Of a stretch of DNA of 64,000 nucleotides, positions 1-9,186 are shown piece after piece; positions within the stretch are counted from its first letter, which is position 1; each line of letters starts with the position of its first letter. The stretch comes from a virus, in the IMG/VR virus record IMGVR_UViG_3300023174_000079, positions 32,001 to 96,000 of that record. One strand, 5' to 3'. Below the pieces are notes generated by a model. It was not told where the DNA came from, did no database searches, and saw only the letters and a list, made by a program, of their open reading frames with translations. A program made the translations under genes and the position numbers.

Positions 1-217
1 CAATAAGTACGATCCATTGAGTAGCCATGGGGAGTGCAGTAAACCACGACTCCATTTGTGTTAGGAAATAATCTCTTGTGCTGATAATAGGTACAGCAGG
101 TAGATTTAACCCAAAAAGCTGAGATACCTGAGGTGCAAAAAGAGGATTAGCCCCGGTACCGACTCCAATAAGATTCTGACCTAAGCTATCAAGTGCACTA
201 CTAAAAGGATCGTTCAC
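1..217 (-). CDS. Partial ORF (runs off the window), probable tail/baseplate protein
   Basis: Open frame from GTG at 217 (MNDPFSSALDSLGQNLIG...) preceded by TAAATA; lies directly downstream of the tail tube gene. Confidence 0.5.
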   Translation of the reverse strand, partial: MNDPFSSALDSLGQNLIGVGTGANPLFAPQVSQLFGLNLPAVPIISTRDYFLTQMESWFTALPMATQWIVLI

Positions 218-244
218 CTAATTATTTAGCTTAGGTAATTGAAT

Positions 245-808
245 TTAGGATGTCCTCGTAAAGTAATGATATGCCATTGTGGCGGTGAAGTCAATGGTCT
301 GACCAGTACCACCGGCGATATTATAGCTGAGAGCACCGACGCTACGTGGTGAAACACCGATGAGACTATATTCAGCGACACGATTCAACTTGTTATCAAG
401 CTGAAGGAGGTTGATAACGGATGTCTGCTTAGGCGTAAGATAATCACCGGTGCTGTTAGCGTCATCGAATGTATAACGCGACCAATCTTCAAACTTCTGT
501 CTGATCTGTGATTGGGCATCAGCGTAGAATGTCATGCTATAGCCTTCTGAGCCGGGATAGGTTGCATTACCAGGAAGATTGAAGTTGAGTCCCATATAAG
601 GAACAGCAACGTTAGTGATAGCTCTTTCAGGTAATGTAGCTGTCTTAACATAGACAAGATCGGTATCACCGAACTGGATTGTTTGCCCGGCTGCGTTTGT
701 TGCGCCGCCTGTTGTAATCGACAATACACGGAAATTAAAATCACGTGCGAAGTCTCTTGCAGCTGCTGTACTGTAGAATTGATTGATCAGTTGGTTTGTA
801 TCGGCCAT
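245..808 (-). CDS. gp19: Tail tube protein (T4 gp19-like)
   Basis: 187 aa; ATLPERAITNVAVPYMG...PGNATY, FEDW, C-terminal FTATMAYHYF; downstream of the sheath gene. Confidence 0.85.
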   Translation of the reverse strand: MADTNQLINQFYSTAAARDFARDFNFRVLSITTGGATNAAGQTIQFGDTDLVYVKTATLPERAITNVAVPYMGLNFNLPGNATYPGSEGYSMTFYADAQSQIRQKFEDWSRYTFDDANSTGDYLTPKQTSVINLLQLDNKLNRVAEYSLIGVSPRSVGALSYNIAGGTGQTIDFTATMAYHYFTRTS

Positions 809-828
809 ATGTGTAATTATTTAGTTGT

Positions 829-3165
829 TTATGCTACGATCTCAGAGAAGTTTTGATTTGTTCTTGTAGCGTAGAAGTTAACAAGTACATACTCCGCAGT
901 ACGGACTGGCTTGATGTAGATATCAACAACAAGCGAGTTATCATCAATAACAGCGGGTGTATTGTTACGTTCATCACAGATTAACAAGTAATCATAGAGA
1001 CCGGCTGAGTTCTTTGCATTGTCAAAGATTGGTGTGAGAACGTTCTTAACTTGAGTTCTTGTAAAGAGTGTATTAGGTTCGAATACATAGTTTCTTGCAA
1101 CAAGATTTGTCTGATTTTCAAGTGTTAAGAACAACCTGCGGACGTTAATACGATCGAAAGCGCTTGGAAGCTTTGACATGGTCTTCTGACCATAAACGAC
1201 ATAACCTTCGTTCGGGAAGAACGCGACTGGATTGAGAGAGATCTTATAAAGTTGATCGCGCTGCTTTTGCTTAGGATAGACAGCAATGTCAGTAATACCG
1301 TTAACAACACCGCGACGGAAGCCAGCAGGAGCTGTCCAAGGCTGGTAGTTGGCGTCGGTGTTAGCCATGATAGCTGCAGCAAATCCTGAGAACGGTACCC
1401 AAACGAGTCTGCTTGAAGATTGGTCAGGTACTTGTACTGCGTTTGCATATACAGCTGTGTAGCTGTTATTGATAAAGCTAAACTGGTTATATAGCGGCCA
1501 GTAGATATTTGTGCTAAAGTCCTTATTAGGATCATCAAGAGTCTTAACGCCGTTCTGAACAAAGATGTTTGTAAGAGGGTCGGCGATGAAGAGGTGATCT
1601 TTGCGCTTGTTTGCTGTGAAGTTAACGAACTGTGAAGCAACAGCCTTGTAGTTAAGTGCAATTTGAGCACTAGCACCTGTACCATCTTGTGCTGTTAATG
1701 CATTGATATCTGTACCGGTATAAGGAACGCTATCATCGAAGTAACCAGAGGTTGTCGGGTTGAAGGAATTTGCGTAAATTGTACCAAGACCGGCTTCAGT
1801 TACAATGGATAGCGGATAGAGATCGGCATTATCCACGAGGTTGAGCATATTGTTAACCTTTGTAGGTACATCGCCGATAACTTTTGTTGTAACATTTTCA
1901 ACAGCGTAGTCACCGAGAGCGACAAGACTATTTGTTGAGCCGTATTGTGTAATAAGTGCGCTATAGGTAGCGGATGTTGCGCCAGTGCGGGTCGCAAAAG
2001 CGATATCATTGGCGTCGGTTCCAAGAGGCGTAGCGCGTGCACTGTTTAAGAAACGAACACTCTTGTTAGGCACGCCGCTAAGGTTAAGCCATGATGTTGT
2101 ATTCTTATTGGAGATATAAGGATTAACAAGGGTAATGATGTTATTGGAATTGTTTTCAACTTGCTCAATGAAATAGCTTGTTGCAGGCCCACCGTTTGGG
2201 TTGTTGATTTGACGATAGTAATCAAGCGAGGCGTTATACCCTTCCTGTAAGACGTAGTCAAGCTGGATGGTGTCGGGTGAGAATACAGATTGACGGAGCT
2301 TAAATACACCGATATTAACTGTATCGTTAAATGCTGTTGACGATGTATCGAATGTCGGGATATTTTCCACAACTTCAGAAATACTGCCGTTAGCGCCAAG
2401 TGTTGTAGCAGAGAGCGAGAATGTTAAACGCTGACTTGGAACAGTTACGTAGTTGCCTGGCGTGATGAATCCGTTTGTATTAACAGATTGAACGGAGTTG
2501 AAATCATCAAATTGTGTGGCTGGGTTAAGAGCGGTATTGTCAGCAAGAGCTATATATGTACCTTCAAAGCGGCTGTTAACAGAGGCTTGGGCTTTATTAA
2601 GAACGATTAAGCCAGCATTAGCTAATTGCGATAATGAGCTAAATGTTGCTTGACCGCCGCTAGCGCTCCATGTATAGGCGTCGCCTCGAAGAACGGAAAG
2701 GTAATCAGATTCGTTTAGTGTAACGTGTGTTGGCGCGCCAAAGAAGTATGTAACACCTGCAGTAGAGACGGAATAGTTGAGCGTTGATGATGTAAGAGTA
2801 ACGACTGCTGTTGAGGCGGGGTTAGCTGAAAGTGTAGCAGTAACTACGGGATAAACAAGGGCACTGTACTGACTTGTTGTACCGAGACCGGCTCCACCAC
2901 CGTAGGGAATACGATAGCAAGTAACATTAGCAGGTGACTGAAAAACGGCTTTTGCAGACTGATAGAAGTAACGCTCAGCTGCGTTTGTAGGTGTACCGAA
3001 AATCTGTTCAAATTCAGATAATGTGCTTACCTGAACAGGATCAGAGGAAGGGCCCTTAGGAGCGAAGCCGGGAATTAAGATATTTGTTGATGAGGCGAGA
3101 TTTGCTCTAAGTGAAAGATCGACTTCACTAATTTGTACGCCGGGACTTTGAATTGTACGTGCCAT
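829..3165 (-). CDS. gp18: Tail sheath protein (T4 gp18-like)
   Basis: N-terminal SPGVQISEVDLS; C-terminal WTAPAGFRRG, YGQKT, AFDRINVRRLF, FEPN, DERNNTPAVID, IYIKPVRTAEY. Confidence 0.97.
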   Translation of the reverse strand: MARTIQSPGVQISEVDLSLRANLASSTNILIPGFAPKGPSSDPVQVSTLSEFEQIFGTPTNAAERYFYQSAKAVFQSPANVTCYRIPYGGGAGLGTTSQYSALVYPVVTATLSANPASTAVVTLTSSTLNYSVSTAGVTYFFGAPTHVTLNESDYLSVLRGDAYTWSASGGQATFSSLSQLANAGLIVLNKAQASVNSRFEGTYIALADNTALNPATQFDDFNSVQSVNTNGFITPGNYVTVPSQRLTFSLSATTLGANGSISEVVENIPTFDTSSTAFNDTVNIGVFKLRQSVFSPDTIQLDYVLQEGYNASLDYYRQINNPNGGPATSYFIEQVENNSNNIITLVNPYISNKNTTSWLNLSGVPNKSVRFLNSARATPLGTDANDIAFATRTGATSATYSALITQYGSTNSLVALGDYAVENVTTKVIGDVPTKVNNMLNLVDNADLYPLSIVTEAGLGTIYANSFNPTTSGYFDDSVPYTGTDINALTAQDGTGASAQIALNYKAVASQFVNFTANKRKDHLFIADPLTNIFVQNGVKTLDDPNKDFSTNIYWPLYNQFSFINNSYTAVYANAVQVPDQSSSRLVWVPFSGFAAAIMANTDANYQPWTAPAGFRRGVVNGITDIAVYPKQKQRDQLYKISLNPVAFFPNEGYVVYGQKTMSKLPSAFDRINVRRLFLTLENQTNLVARNYVFEPNTLFTRTQVKNVLTPIFDNAKNSAGLYDYLLICDERNNTPAVIDDNSLVVDIYIKPVRTAEYVLVNFYATRTNQNFSEIVA

Positions 3166-3205
3166 ATAAAGTATTTATGGACATCGGGAAATATTTTTTT
3201 AGCTT

Positions 3206-3829
3206 TTACAGACTTTCTATTTCGTAAATGGGTGTTACAATGAGCTGGGAGTAGCTAATGGTCATTGTCGACTCAATTGCACCTCCATCCTTGTAGTTGT
3301 ATGAAATGCCGCCGAGATTTGTAGGGAAAGCATCAATATATTTGAACTCTATGACACGCTTATTATATTCATCAAGGCCGTATACGGATATTGTTGTTTT
3401 ATATTGACTATATTGGCCTTTAGCAGCAGATTCGACGACGGTTTGAGTAGGATATGTTAAATCGGTACTATCATAAGTGTTCAATTTATCGTCGTTTAAC
3501 AGATTGAGCCAGGTATAGATAACCCAGTAGTTATTAAACCGATTATCCACAATAAACTCCACTGTAACCGGTGGATAAGGATCGCGGGCGTGCGACGTTA
3601 CAGTTTGTGTCTGCCCGGCGTACCGATTTTGTACTGCAGGGACAGAGATTTCTGGAATTACTGTTCCTGCTACAGAAAACTGCATAGTATCAGGTAAGAT
3701 ATTAACATTATCCCGTACAAATTTTGATGTAATCTGCTTTAAAGCAGGTGGTACATCGAGGACAAGAAGAAATTTATCTTTCCTTGAAAGGTTGAACGGA
3801 CTTTGTGTATAATCAATAGCGTTTGACAT
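3206..3829 (-). CDS. Tail completion / tube terminator protein (gp3-like)
   Basis: IPEISVP...VTVEFIVDNRFNNYWVIYTWL...FKYIDAFPTNLGGISY, typical of the gp3/tube-fold family; next to the sheath gene. Confidence 0.7.
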   Translation of the reverse strand: MSNAIDYTQSPFNLSRKDKFLLVLDVPPALKQITSKFVRDNVNILPDTMQFSVAGTVIPEISVPAVQNRYAGQTQTVTSHARDPYPPVTVEFIVDNRFNNYWVIYTWLNLLNDDKLNTYDSTDLTYPTQTVVESAAKGQYSQYKTTISVYGLDEYNKRVIEFKYIDAFPTNLGGISYNYKDGGAIESTMTISYSQLIVTPIYEIESL

Positions 3830-3833
3830 AAAA

Positions 3834-5042
3834 TTAGCCTAATAATTTCCAGCCCTGTTCTTCCATATCATTAATATCAGTTTTTTCCGGTGAATCACCG
3901 ATATCAAAAAGAATAGGCATTGGTGTACCTTCTTCCTTATGTTGTTCATTATTGTACATGGATGTAGGGTTAATAAAATATTTAATACCGTAATCCAGTG
4001 ATTTAATATGAAGCGGTCGTTTATTATCATCTAAATCAACTATCTCATAATACTTCTCTGTAATCTCATTTTCTAAAATCATTAACGACCAAATTAAACT
4101 CATGACTCGGTCATCGTGGTTACCGTTACCGGGTTTTGTCGACCAGGTACCATTAGGATAACGAACAAAGTTTTTTATCTCCATTAACGTCTTAATGTCT
4201 TTAATTCTTACAACGTTGAGTTCGTTCATCCAATAACGCATATTCATGACACCCTTATATTTTGTATTAGTGTGCGCTACAACCCCTGGTTTATTGAAGA
4301 CTTTGTCACCTGCTTTTGACCCGTATGTTACAATATTCTCATATCCAATATTATTTTTTAATTGATCAACAACCTGCGCGCCGCAATTATTTCTCTCAAT
4401 TAAAGCTGGAGGATTACCCCAATGCTGTAGGATTTCATGTAATTTTGTTGTAAAATTGTACGGGCTAATGTCATTATTATGGTAAATTGCCACTTGTTCT
4501 ATACTACGTAAATCAGTAATATCCAGAACTTGGATAACCGAAGCTGCTTCCTTTACACCTTCTGCTACGTCAACGCCAACTACATAAAGACGTTCTTTAT
4601 CTGGTTCTTTCCAGAGAAGATAATGACCATCGTCAAAAACAAATGTTGGTTCTTGGCATTCAGCCTTTAACTGATCGAAGAAAGCTTCATCAATAGCGCT
4701 TTCACCAGACTGTAAAAAGCAGTTATGTACATGTATATCGTTGGCGTAATATGTATTGCCGTTAGATACGTTTATAAGATCATAAACATCCTCGTAACCG
4801 TCAGGTTGAATATCTGTAATGAGCTCTGTCTTTTTATTCTTAAGTTCAAGTACATCACCCACTTTAAGTGTATTAGCTAAAACAGGTTCACCTTTAATAA
4901 CAAACGGGTGATCATATGTTACCCTTATCTGTTTATTTAATGTATTAAATTTTAGTACAGGTTTGTGAAGTTTACGTATACCCTCAAAAGACATGTACCC
5001 ATTTGGTGTCAAGACTTTATAATTACTTTTATTTATTTTCAT
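3834..5042 (-). CDS. terL: Terminase large subunit C-terminal part (nuclease domain) fused behind the split-intein C fragment
   Basis: Likely start MKINKSNYKV at 5042; intein ends HVHN|C; RNase H-like VGVDVAEG, LIERNNCG and HDDRVMSL motifs. Confidence 0.93.
   Translation of the reverse strand: MKINKSNYKVLTPNGYMSFEGIRKLHKPVLKFNTLNKQIRVTYDHPFVIKGEPVLANTLKVGDVLELKNKKTELITDIQPDGYEDVYDLINVSNGNTYYANDIHVHNCFLQSGESAIDEAFFDQLKAECQEPTFVFDDGHYLLWKEPDKERLYVVGVDVAEGVKEAASVIQVLDITDLRSIEQVAIYHNNDISPYNFTTKLHEILQHWGNPPALIERNNCGAQVVDQLKNNIGYENIVTYGSKAGDKVFNKPGVVAHTNTKYKGVMNMRYWMNELNVVRIKDIKTLMEIKNFVRYPNGTWSTKPGNGNHDDRVMSLIWSLMILENEITEKYYEIVDLDDNKRPLHIKSLDYGIKYFINPTSMYNNEQHKEEGTPMPILFDIGDSPEKTDINDMEEQGWKLLG
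4722..5042 (-). mobile_element. Split intein C fragment (IntC, ~107 aa)
   Basis: VLTPNG, block B VTYDHPF, LKVGD, block F VYDLINV, block G IHVHN followed by Cys+1. Confidence 0.92.
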
Positions 5043-5976
5043 AATCCCATATAATTTTAAAATCACACTTCAAGTGATCTTGTATTTCCTTTTGTCGGTT
5101 TGTGTCTCTCTGTTTTTGAGCCTCGTATGTATGATAGTGTTCGTATACTTCATATATGGTATTCGTTTCGTGGCAGTAGCCGTCTGGATAATATCCTATA
5201 ATAGAGAAATTTCTATCAATTTTACAATTATCAATTTTTTCCTGCTCATTGAGCAATTGCGTTTCATGACGTCCTATTGCATGAAACTTTGTATCTGCAC
5301 GGGATGCACGTTTTTGGTAAGCGATTCTACCTGCGAGTTGACGTTTTCTTCTTCTTTCTAGATTCTGTTCGGGTAGGTAGCGTAGCATATAAAATTTTTG
5401 CTCCCAGTCTTCACCGTATAAATATTTAAAATGGTCTTTAGAATTTGGACCAAGAGCGCAACCACGACGCTTGCAGTAGGATTTTTCTGTAATTTTTCGC
5501 TCTGTGGGTGAAAACATAATATATGTTCCACAGCGGCAGTAGTGTTTGCTATCGAATGTAAAATTATATTTTCCAGCGATTAATAGTCTAAATGATAGTG
5601 TAAATCTAGGATGCCTGCAGTACATCTTATATTTGTCTGTATAATAAAACAGTGCTTTGTATAATTCAGGATTATCTTTAATGAGTGTGCGTCCCTTTGC
5701 CTTGCCGAGATATTTTGTATAGTGGTAATTGCTGCTGTTTAGTATGTCGTGGAGCTGTAATTGTGTATATGTTACTTCGATTGAATTTAATTTATTTTGT
5801 AACTTATGATAATACTGCTTTGTTCTCTCTGCGCAGGCTTTCAATGTGCCTGAGCCGTATGTACCGTATTTTAGATAATTGGTCTCACGTCTCTTTAGAT
5901 TAGCTGCAATTTTTTTTTCAGGATCTATGTCATAATAGGTCAAATAGTTCCTTGATGGTAATTGCTTGTTGCTCAT
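5029..5976 (-). CDS. Free-standing homing endonuclease (Vsr/PD-(D/E)xK-like C-terminal domain) between the split-intein halves
   Basis: C-terminal GYYPDGYCHETNTIYEVYEHYH...RDTNRQKEI; Cys cluster; basic N-terminus; overlaps both terL ORFs. Confidence 0.8.
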   Translation of the reverse strand: MSNKQLPSRNYLTYYDIDPEKKIAANLKRRETNYLKYGTYGSGTLKACAERTKQYYHKLQNKLNSIEVTYTQLQLHDILNSSNYHYTKYLGKAKGRTLIKDNPELYKALFYYTDKYKMYCRHPRFTLSFRLLIAGKYNFTFDSKHYCRCGTYIMFSPTERKITEKSYCKRRGCALGPNSKDHFKYLYGEDWEQKFYMLRYLPEQNLERRRKRQLAGRIAYQKRASRADTKFHAIGRHETQLLNEQEKIDNCKIDRNFSIIGYYPDGYCHETNTIYEVYEHYHTYEAQKQRDTNRQKEIQDHLKCDFKIIWDYENK

Positions 5977-6019
5977 TATTATTATTTATTACATCAAGAT
6001 TACTTTCCCCGGTTACACA
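5930..6019 (-). mobile_element. Split intein N fragment (IntN, 29 aa)
   Basis: CVTGESNLDVINNNNEQQAITIKELFDLL-stop: block A (Cys1...ITIKEL) followed immediately by a stop codon. Confidence 0.9.
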
Positions 6020-7897
6020 ATTACCGAACTCCTGGTCGAATTTTTCTCTACTGCCCATCTCACGGATTGTCTTGTTCTTCCATTTTTCATCCCTACCAGG
6101 AACCTCCCACCAGTCAACACGTTCTGCCTTCCATCCATTGTGTTTTTCTGGATCTTCTTCCATAGCTCCTTCATAAAGTTCATGAAACAGATTACCGGTT
6201 CCATTAGGTGTACTAGCTACGAAAATTTTTGATTTCTTAGAAGATGAAATAATAGGGTAGACAGAGGCCCAGAATTCTTCAACAAGGTGATTATCGATAA
6301 AGGCTAACTCATCTAATAGGACAACATTTACGGAATCGCCGCGGCCGGCGTCACTGCTTGTTGTACTAATACCAATACTTGAACCATTAGCTAATGACAT
6401 CGATGTTTTACCGTACTCAACAACACCAGGCTTTAGATAATTCGGTAATTTTTCATAAGCCATCCTAACGCGCTTAAAAATATTAATAGCGGTTGATTCT
6501 TTGTTAGCAACAATAAGAACGCGTTGATCGGGTTGAAAACATACTATCCAGAGAGCGTATATAGTAAAGAGAGTAGTATTGTGTGTGGGTATTAACTGCT
6601 TACCAGCGAGATATAAATTATCTACACTATCAACAGTAATACATCTAACAGGTACCGACGGCACTTCAACAATTTGTTTTATATAATGCCATTGTGCGCG
6701 AAGATGCGACTGTACAGTAGGCGGCTTTACCTGAATTCTACTACGCTTAAACGGTAGACGACATACAAATTCTATTGGCTTAAATGTAACGATAGCGGAG
6801 ATATTACATTCAACGCCTCTCAATTTAGGTACATACTCTTTATATGTAACTTTATATCCAAGACTAGTTATGAGCTCTTTAACCTGCTTGGCTAATTCTA
6901 AATTTGTATTATAAAAACATGCATTTCCTCTATCATTAATATACCCATCACTATCAATAAGCCCTTGTAGTAGAGCGAGTCGCTGCTGTCTGCTTGCAAG
7001 CATGTACTCATTAGGAATATGCTTATTGTTTTTTAGGTTATTGTTTTTGATTAATCCGGATAAACTTTCTGTGTGTAAATTTTTTGTTGATGTTATTCTC
7101 AACGTATATACCTCTTTCTTATATTCATGTAAAATTAATTTGTCGAATTGTTTTTGCTGTGTATTAAGAATATCTATAATTTCGTGTATATCTCGTCTAC
7201 CTACAGTTATAGTACCACTAGCACTCGCTCCGTCCCCTAGCCACAATCCAAGCACATAAGGCTCAATAGGTAGTTCCTTTTCAATTCCCGTTACTCCGTT
7301 TATACATACAGGTATTCTATGATTAGGTTCTTTGCAGTATGGCGCGTATAATGTATCGACAATCTGCTGCGTAGTTTTTACTGTACCACTTGTCTTTCTT
7401 TCATTTCTCGATTCTGTAAACCATAGATGATCTGCATCGGCAATAATTTCCTCACCATTATCAAATATTACTTTATAACATTTACGGTTATCAAGGGTCT
7501 CGTGGGCATGCACGATGTTGCAAGGTTCACCATCAGCTCCGTATACTCGATCGCCTTTCTTAAGCTCACCCATTGTTGACCACCCGGATGTGGTTAATAT
7601 CGGCGTATCTAGTGCAAGTGCCTTACCACTCTGTCTACTTGATAACATACATACAAATCGATTATCACGGAGCGACCGAAGGATGCGTTTTTGATAGAGA
7701 TGGAGTTGTATTTTTATCTTACCTTCATCAAGATTTGTAATATAAAAGAAATTTTCAGCAAAATATAAAATATTTTTTTTACATTTTTCTATATCCTTTA
7801 TCCACTCTGGATTCGAGCTATAGTCAAACAAAGCATCCGGTGTCGGTAAGCTTTCATTACCTAGATAAAACTGCTGTTTCTCTTTTTTAGTAGCCAT
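5930..7897 (-). CDS. terL: Terminase large subunit N-terminal part (ATPase), with a cis intein and ending in the split-intein N fragment
   Basis: LYQKRIL, Walker A SRQSGK|intein|TT, Walker B VVLLDELAF, ASTPNG, WWEVPGRD, FDQEFGN|C. Confidence 0.95.
   Translation of the reverse strand: MATKKEKQQFYLGNESLPTPDALFDYSSNPEWIKDIEKCKKNILYFAENFFYITNLDEGKIKIQLHLYQKRILRSLRDNRFVCMLSSRQSGKALALDTPILTTSGWSTMGELKKGDRVYGADGEPCNIVHAHETLDNRKCYKVIFDNGEEIIADADHLWFTESRNERKTSGTVKTTQQIVDTLYAPYCKEPNHRIPVCINGVTGIEKELPIEPYVLGLWLGDGASASGTITVGRRDIHEIIDILNTQQKQFDKLILHEYKKEVYTLRITSTKNLHTESLSGLIKNNNLKNNKHIPNEYMLASRQQRLALLQGLIDSDGYINDRGNACFYNTNLELAKQVKELITSLGYKVTYKEYVPKLRGVECNISAIVTFKPIEFVCRLPFKRSRIQVKPPTVQSHLRAQWHYIKQIVEVPSVPVRCITVDSVDNLYLAGKQLIPTHNTTLFTIYALWIVCFQPDQRVLIVANKESTAINIFKRVRMAYEKLPNYLKPGVVEYGKTSMSLANGSSIGISTTSSDAGRGDSVNVVLLDELAFIDNHLVEEFWASVYPIISSSKKSKIFVASTPNGTGNLFHELYEGAMEEDPEKHNGWKAERVDWWEVPGRDEKWKNKTIREMGSREKFDQEFGNCVTGESNLDVINNNNEQQAITIKELFDLL
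6578..7621 (-). mobile_element. Cis intein (348 aa) with LAGLIDADG endonuclease, class 3-type, inserted in the terminase Walker A motif
   Basis: Starts ALALDTPI (Ala1); block B ADHLW; LGLWLGDG and LQGLIDSDG; block F VRCITV; ends PTHN|T. Confidence 0.93.
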
Positions 7898-7901
7898 TTA
7901 G

Positions 7902-7909
7902 TATAAATA
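7902..7909 (+). promoter_or_regulatory. T4-type late promoter TATAAATA
   Basis: Exact consensus 10 nt before the ATG at 7920; gp55 is encoded in the window. Confidence 0.75.
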
Positions 7910-7919
7910 ATTAGGCAAT

Positions 7920-8771
7920 ATGAATAAAGCACGCAATCTCGTTGAAATTGGTGAATTCTACGCCTCAACAGTACTTACTGAAGGTAAGAAGAATTTCCCG
8001 CCTAAGGACACTTTCGCTACATCTGGTAAGAAAACATCTGATGCTGTATTACCTAAAGGTTTAAAGACAAAAGCTTATGATAAGCGCGGGCCTTTAAGCA
8101 ATAAAAATGAAGAAGCTCTCGTTAAGCCTCTTGAGGCTAAGGACGCCAAGGGTAAGAATACTTTTACTGGAGTTGAAAATCTTTCGTTGGCCCCAGAAAA
8201 AATGGAAGTGGAGACTATAAATAATTTTATGAACAAATCTATTTTTGATCGCCTCTACGAGGACGTTATGTCCGACAATATCAATTCACCTGCTGACGCT
8301 GAACAGCACGACGCCGAAGCTCTCGACCTTCCTGGTACAGAAGAGCACGAAGGTGAAGTAACAATTACCCTTGATCGTGAACTTGCTACTAAGCTTCACG
8401 ACGTTCTTATGGCCGTTCTCGGTTCTGAAGAAGAGCATATCGGTGATGAAGAGGGTGAGCTCGAAGGTGAAGAAGCTGAAGAGTGTGATGATACACTTCC
8501 TGAAGCTACCGAACTTAAGGAGCTTCCTACTAGCGCTGGTACATCACTTCAATCAAAGAATAATAAGGTTGGTGACGTAACTGCAAAGAGCGTTGATGGT
8601 AAGCACGGCGACGGTACTGTTGACAATAAGGTCGATGGTAGCGGTAAGCCTATCAAGGATATCAAGATCGGTGCCGGTGTTAAGGCCGATACAACAGCTG
8701 TTAGTGGTAAGAGTAACGTCGTTGCTTCTTCAAAGACCTCTAAGGTTGGTACATATCTTGCCGGTAAGTAA
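7920..8771 (+). CDS. Hypothetical late protein with an acidic middle region, possibly head core/internal
   Basis: 283 aa; late promoter upstream, terminator downstream; Glu-rich stretch. Confidence 0.6.
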   Translation: MNKARNLVEIGEFYASTVLTEGKKNFPPKDTFATSGKKTSDAVLPKGLKTKAYDKRGPLSNKNEEALVKPLEAKDAKGKNTFTGVENLSLAPEKMEVETINNFMNKSIFDRLYEDVMSDNINSPADAEQHDAEALDLPGTEEHEGEVTITLDRELATKLHDVLMAVLGSEEEHIGDEEGELEGEEAEECDDTLPEATELKELPTSAGTSLQSKNNKVGDVTAKSVDGKHGDGTVDNKVDGSGKPIKDIKIGAGVKADTTAVSGKSNVVASSKTSKVGTYLAGK

Positions 8772-8794
8772 TATATAAAAATAGATTATAAATT

Positions 8795-8824
8795 AAAGGG
8801 CCTTAGAATAAGGCCCTTTTTTTT
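8795..8824 (+). terminator. Rho-independent terminator
   Basis: AAAGGGCCTTA-gaa-TAAGGCCCTTT stem followed by a T run. Confidence 0.85.
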
Positions 8825-8825
8825 G

Positions 8826-8833
8826 TATAAATA
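8826..8833 (+). promoter_or_regulatory. T4-type late promoter TATAAATA
   Basis: Exact consensus 5 nt before the GTG at 8839. Confidence 0.75.
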
Positions 8834-8838
8834 TATCT

Positions 8839-9186
8839 GTGAAGAGCTTTAAAGACTTTATTTTCGAAAGGTTTAATCCTCATTTTAATAAAAAGACAGG
8901 TGAGGCAAGACAGCACCGTCATATGGCTAATATGATTCCAGATGTTAATTCGCATTCTGCTACAGGTGGAAAGACTGTTCCTGAGTACTGTAAGCATGAT
9001 AATAACGCTGTACAAGAATTTGAAACACTTAAGACGATGAACAAAGGTACAAAGACGATTAATCTTGCTAAAGCTCGTAAACTTAAGGATCAATTTAATC
9101 TTAGTGAGTTCAAAGGTACCCTTGGCAACACAGGGATACATTTAGCTCCACATCATGAACCAGGTTTCTTTACGCTAACCAAATAA
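8839..9186 (+). CDS. Hypothetical protein with capsid-targeting-like leader
   Basis: MKSFKDFIFE resembles the T4 internal-protein leader MKTYQEFIAE. Confidence 0.6.
   Translation: MKSFKDFIFERFNPHFNKKTGEARQHRHMANMIPDVNSHSATGGKTVPEYCKHDNNAVQEFETLKTMNKGTKTINLAKARKLKDQFNLSEFKGTLGNTGIHLAPHHEPGFFTLTK

Noticed and set aside
532-2399. Alternative-frame ORFs inside the tail tube and sheath genes, and similar shadow ORFs throughout the window
   Set aside because: They lie entirely within well-supported genes, carry no motifs, and are expected from codon bias.
5029-5976. Group I intron carrying the endonuclease within terL
   Set aside because: The ORFs overlap and leave no room for a ribozyme core; intein blocks on both sides explain the break at protein level.
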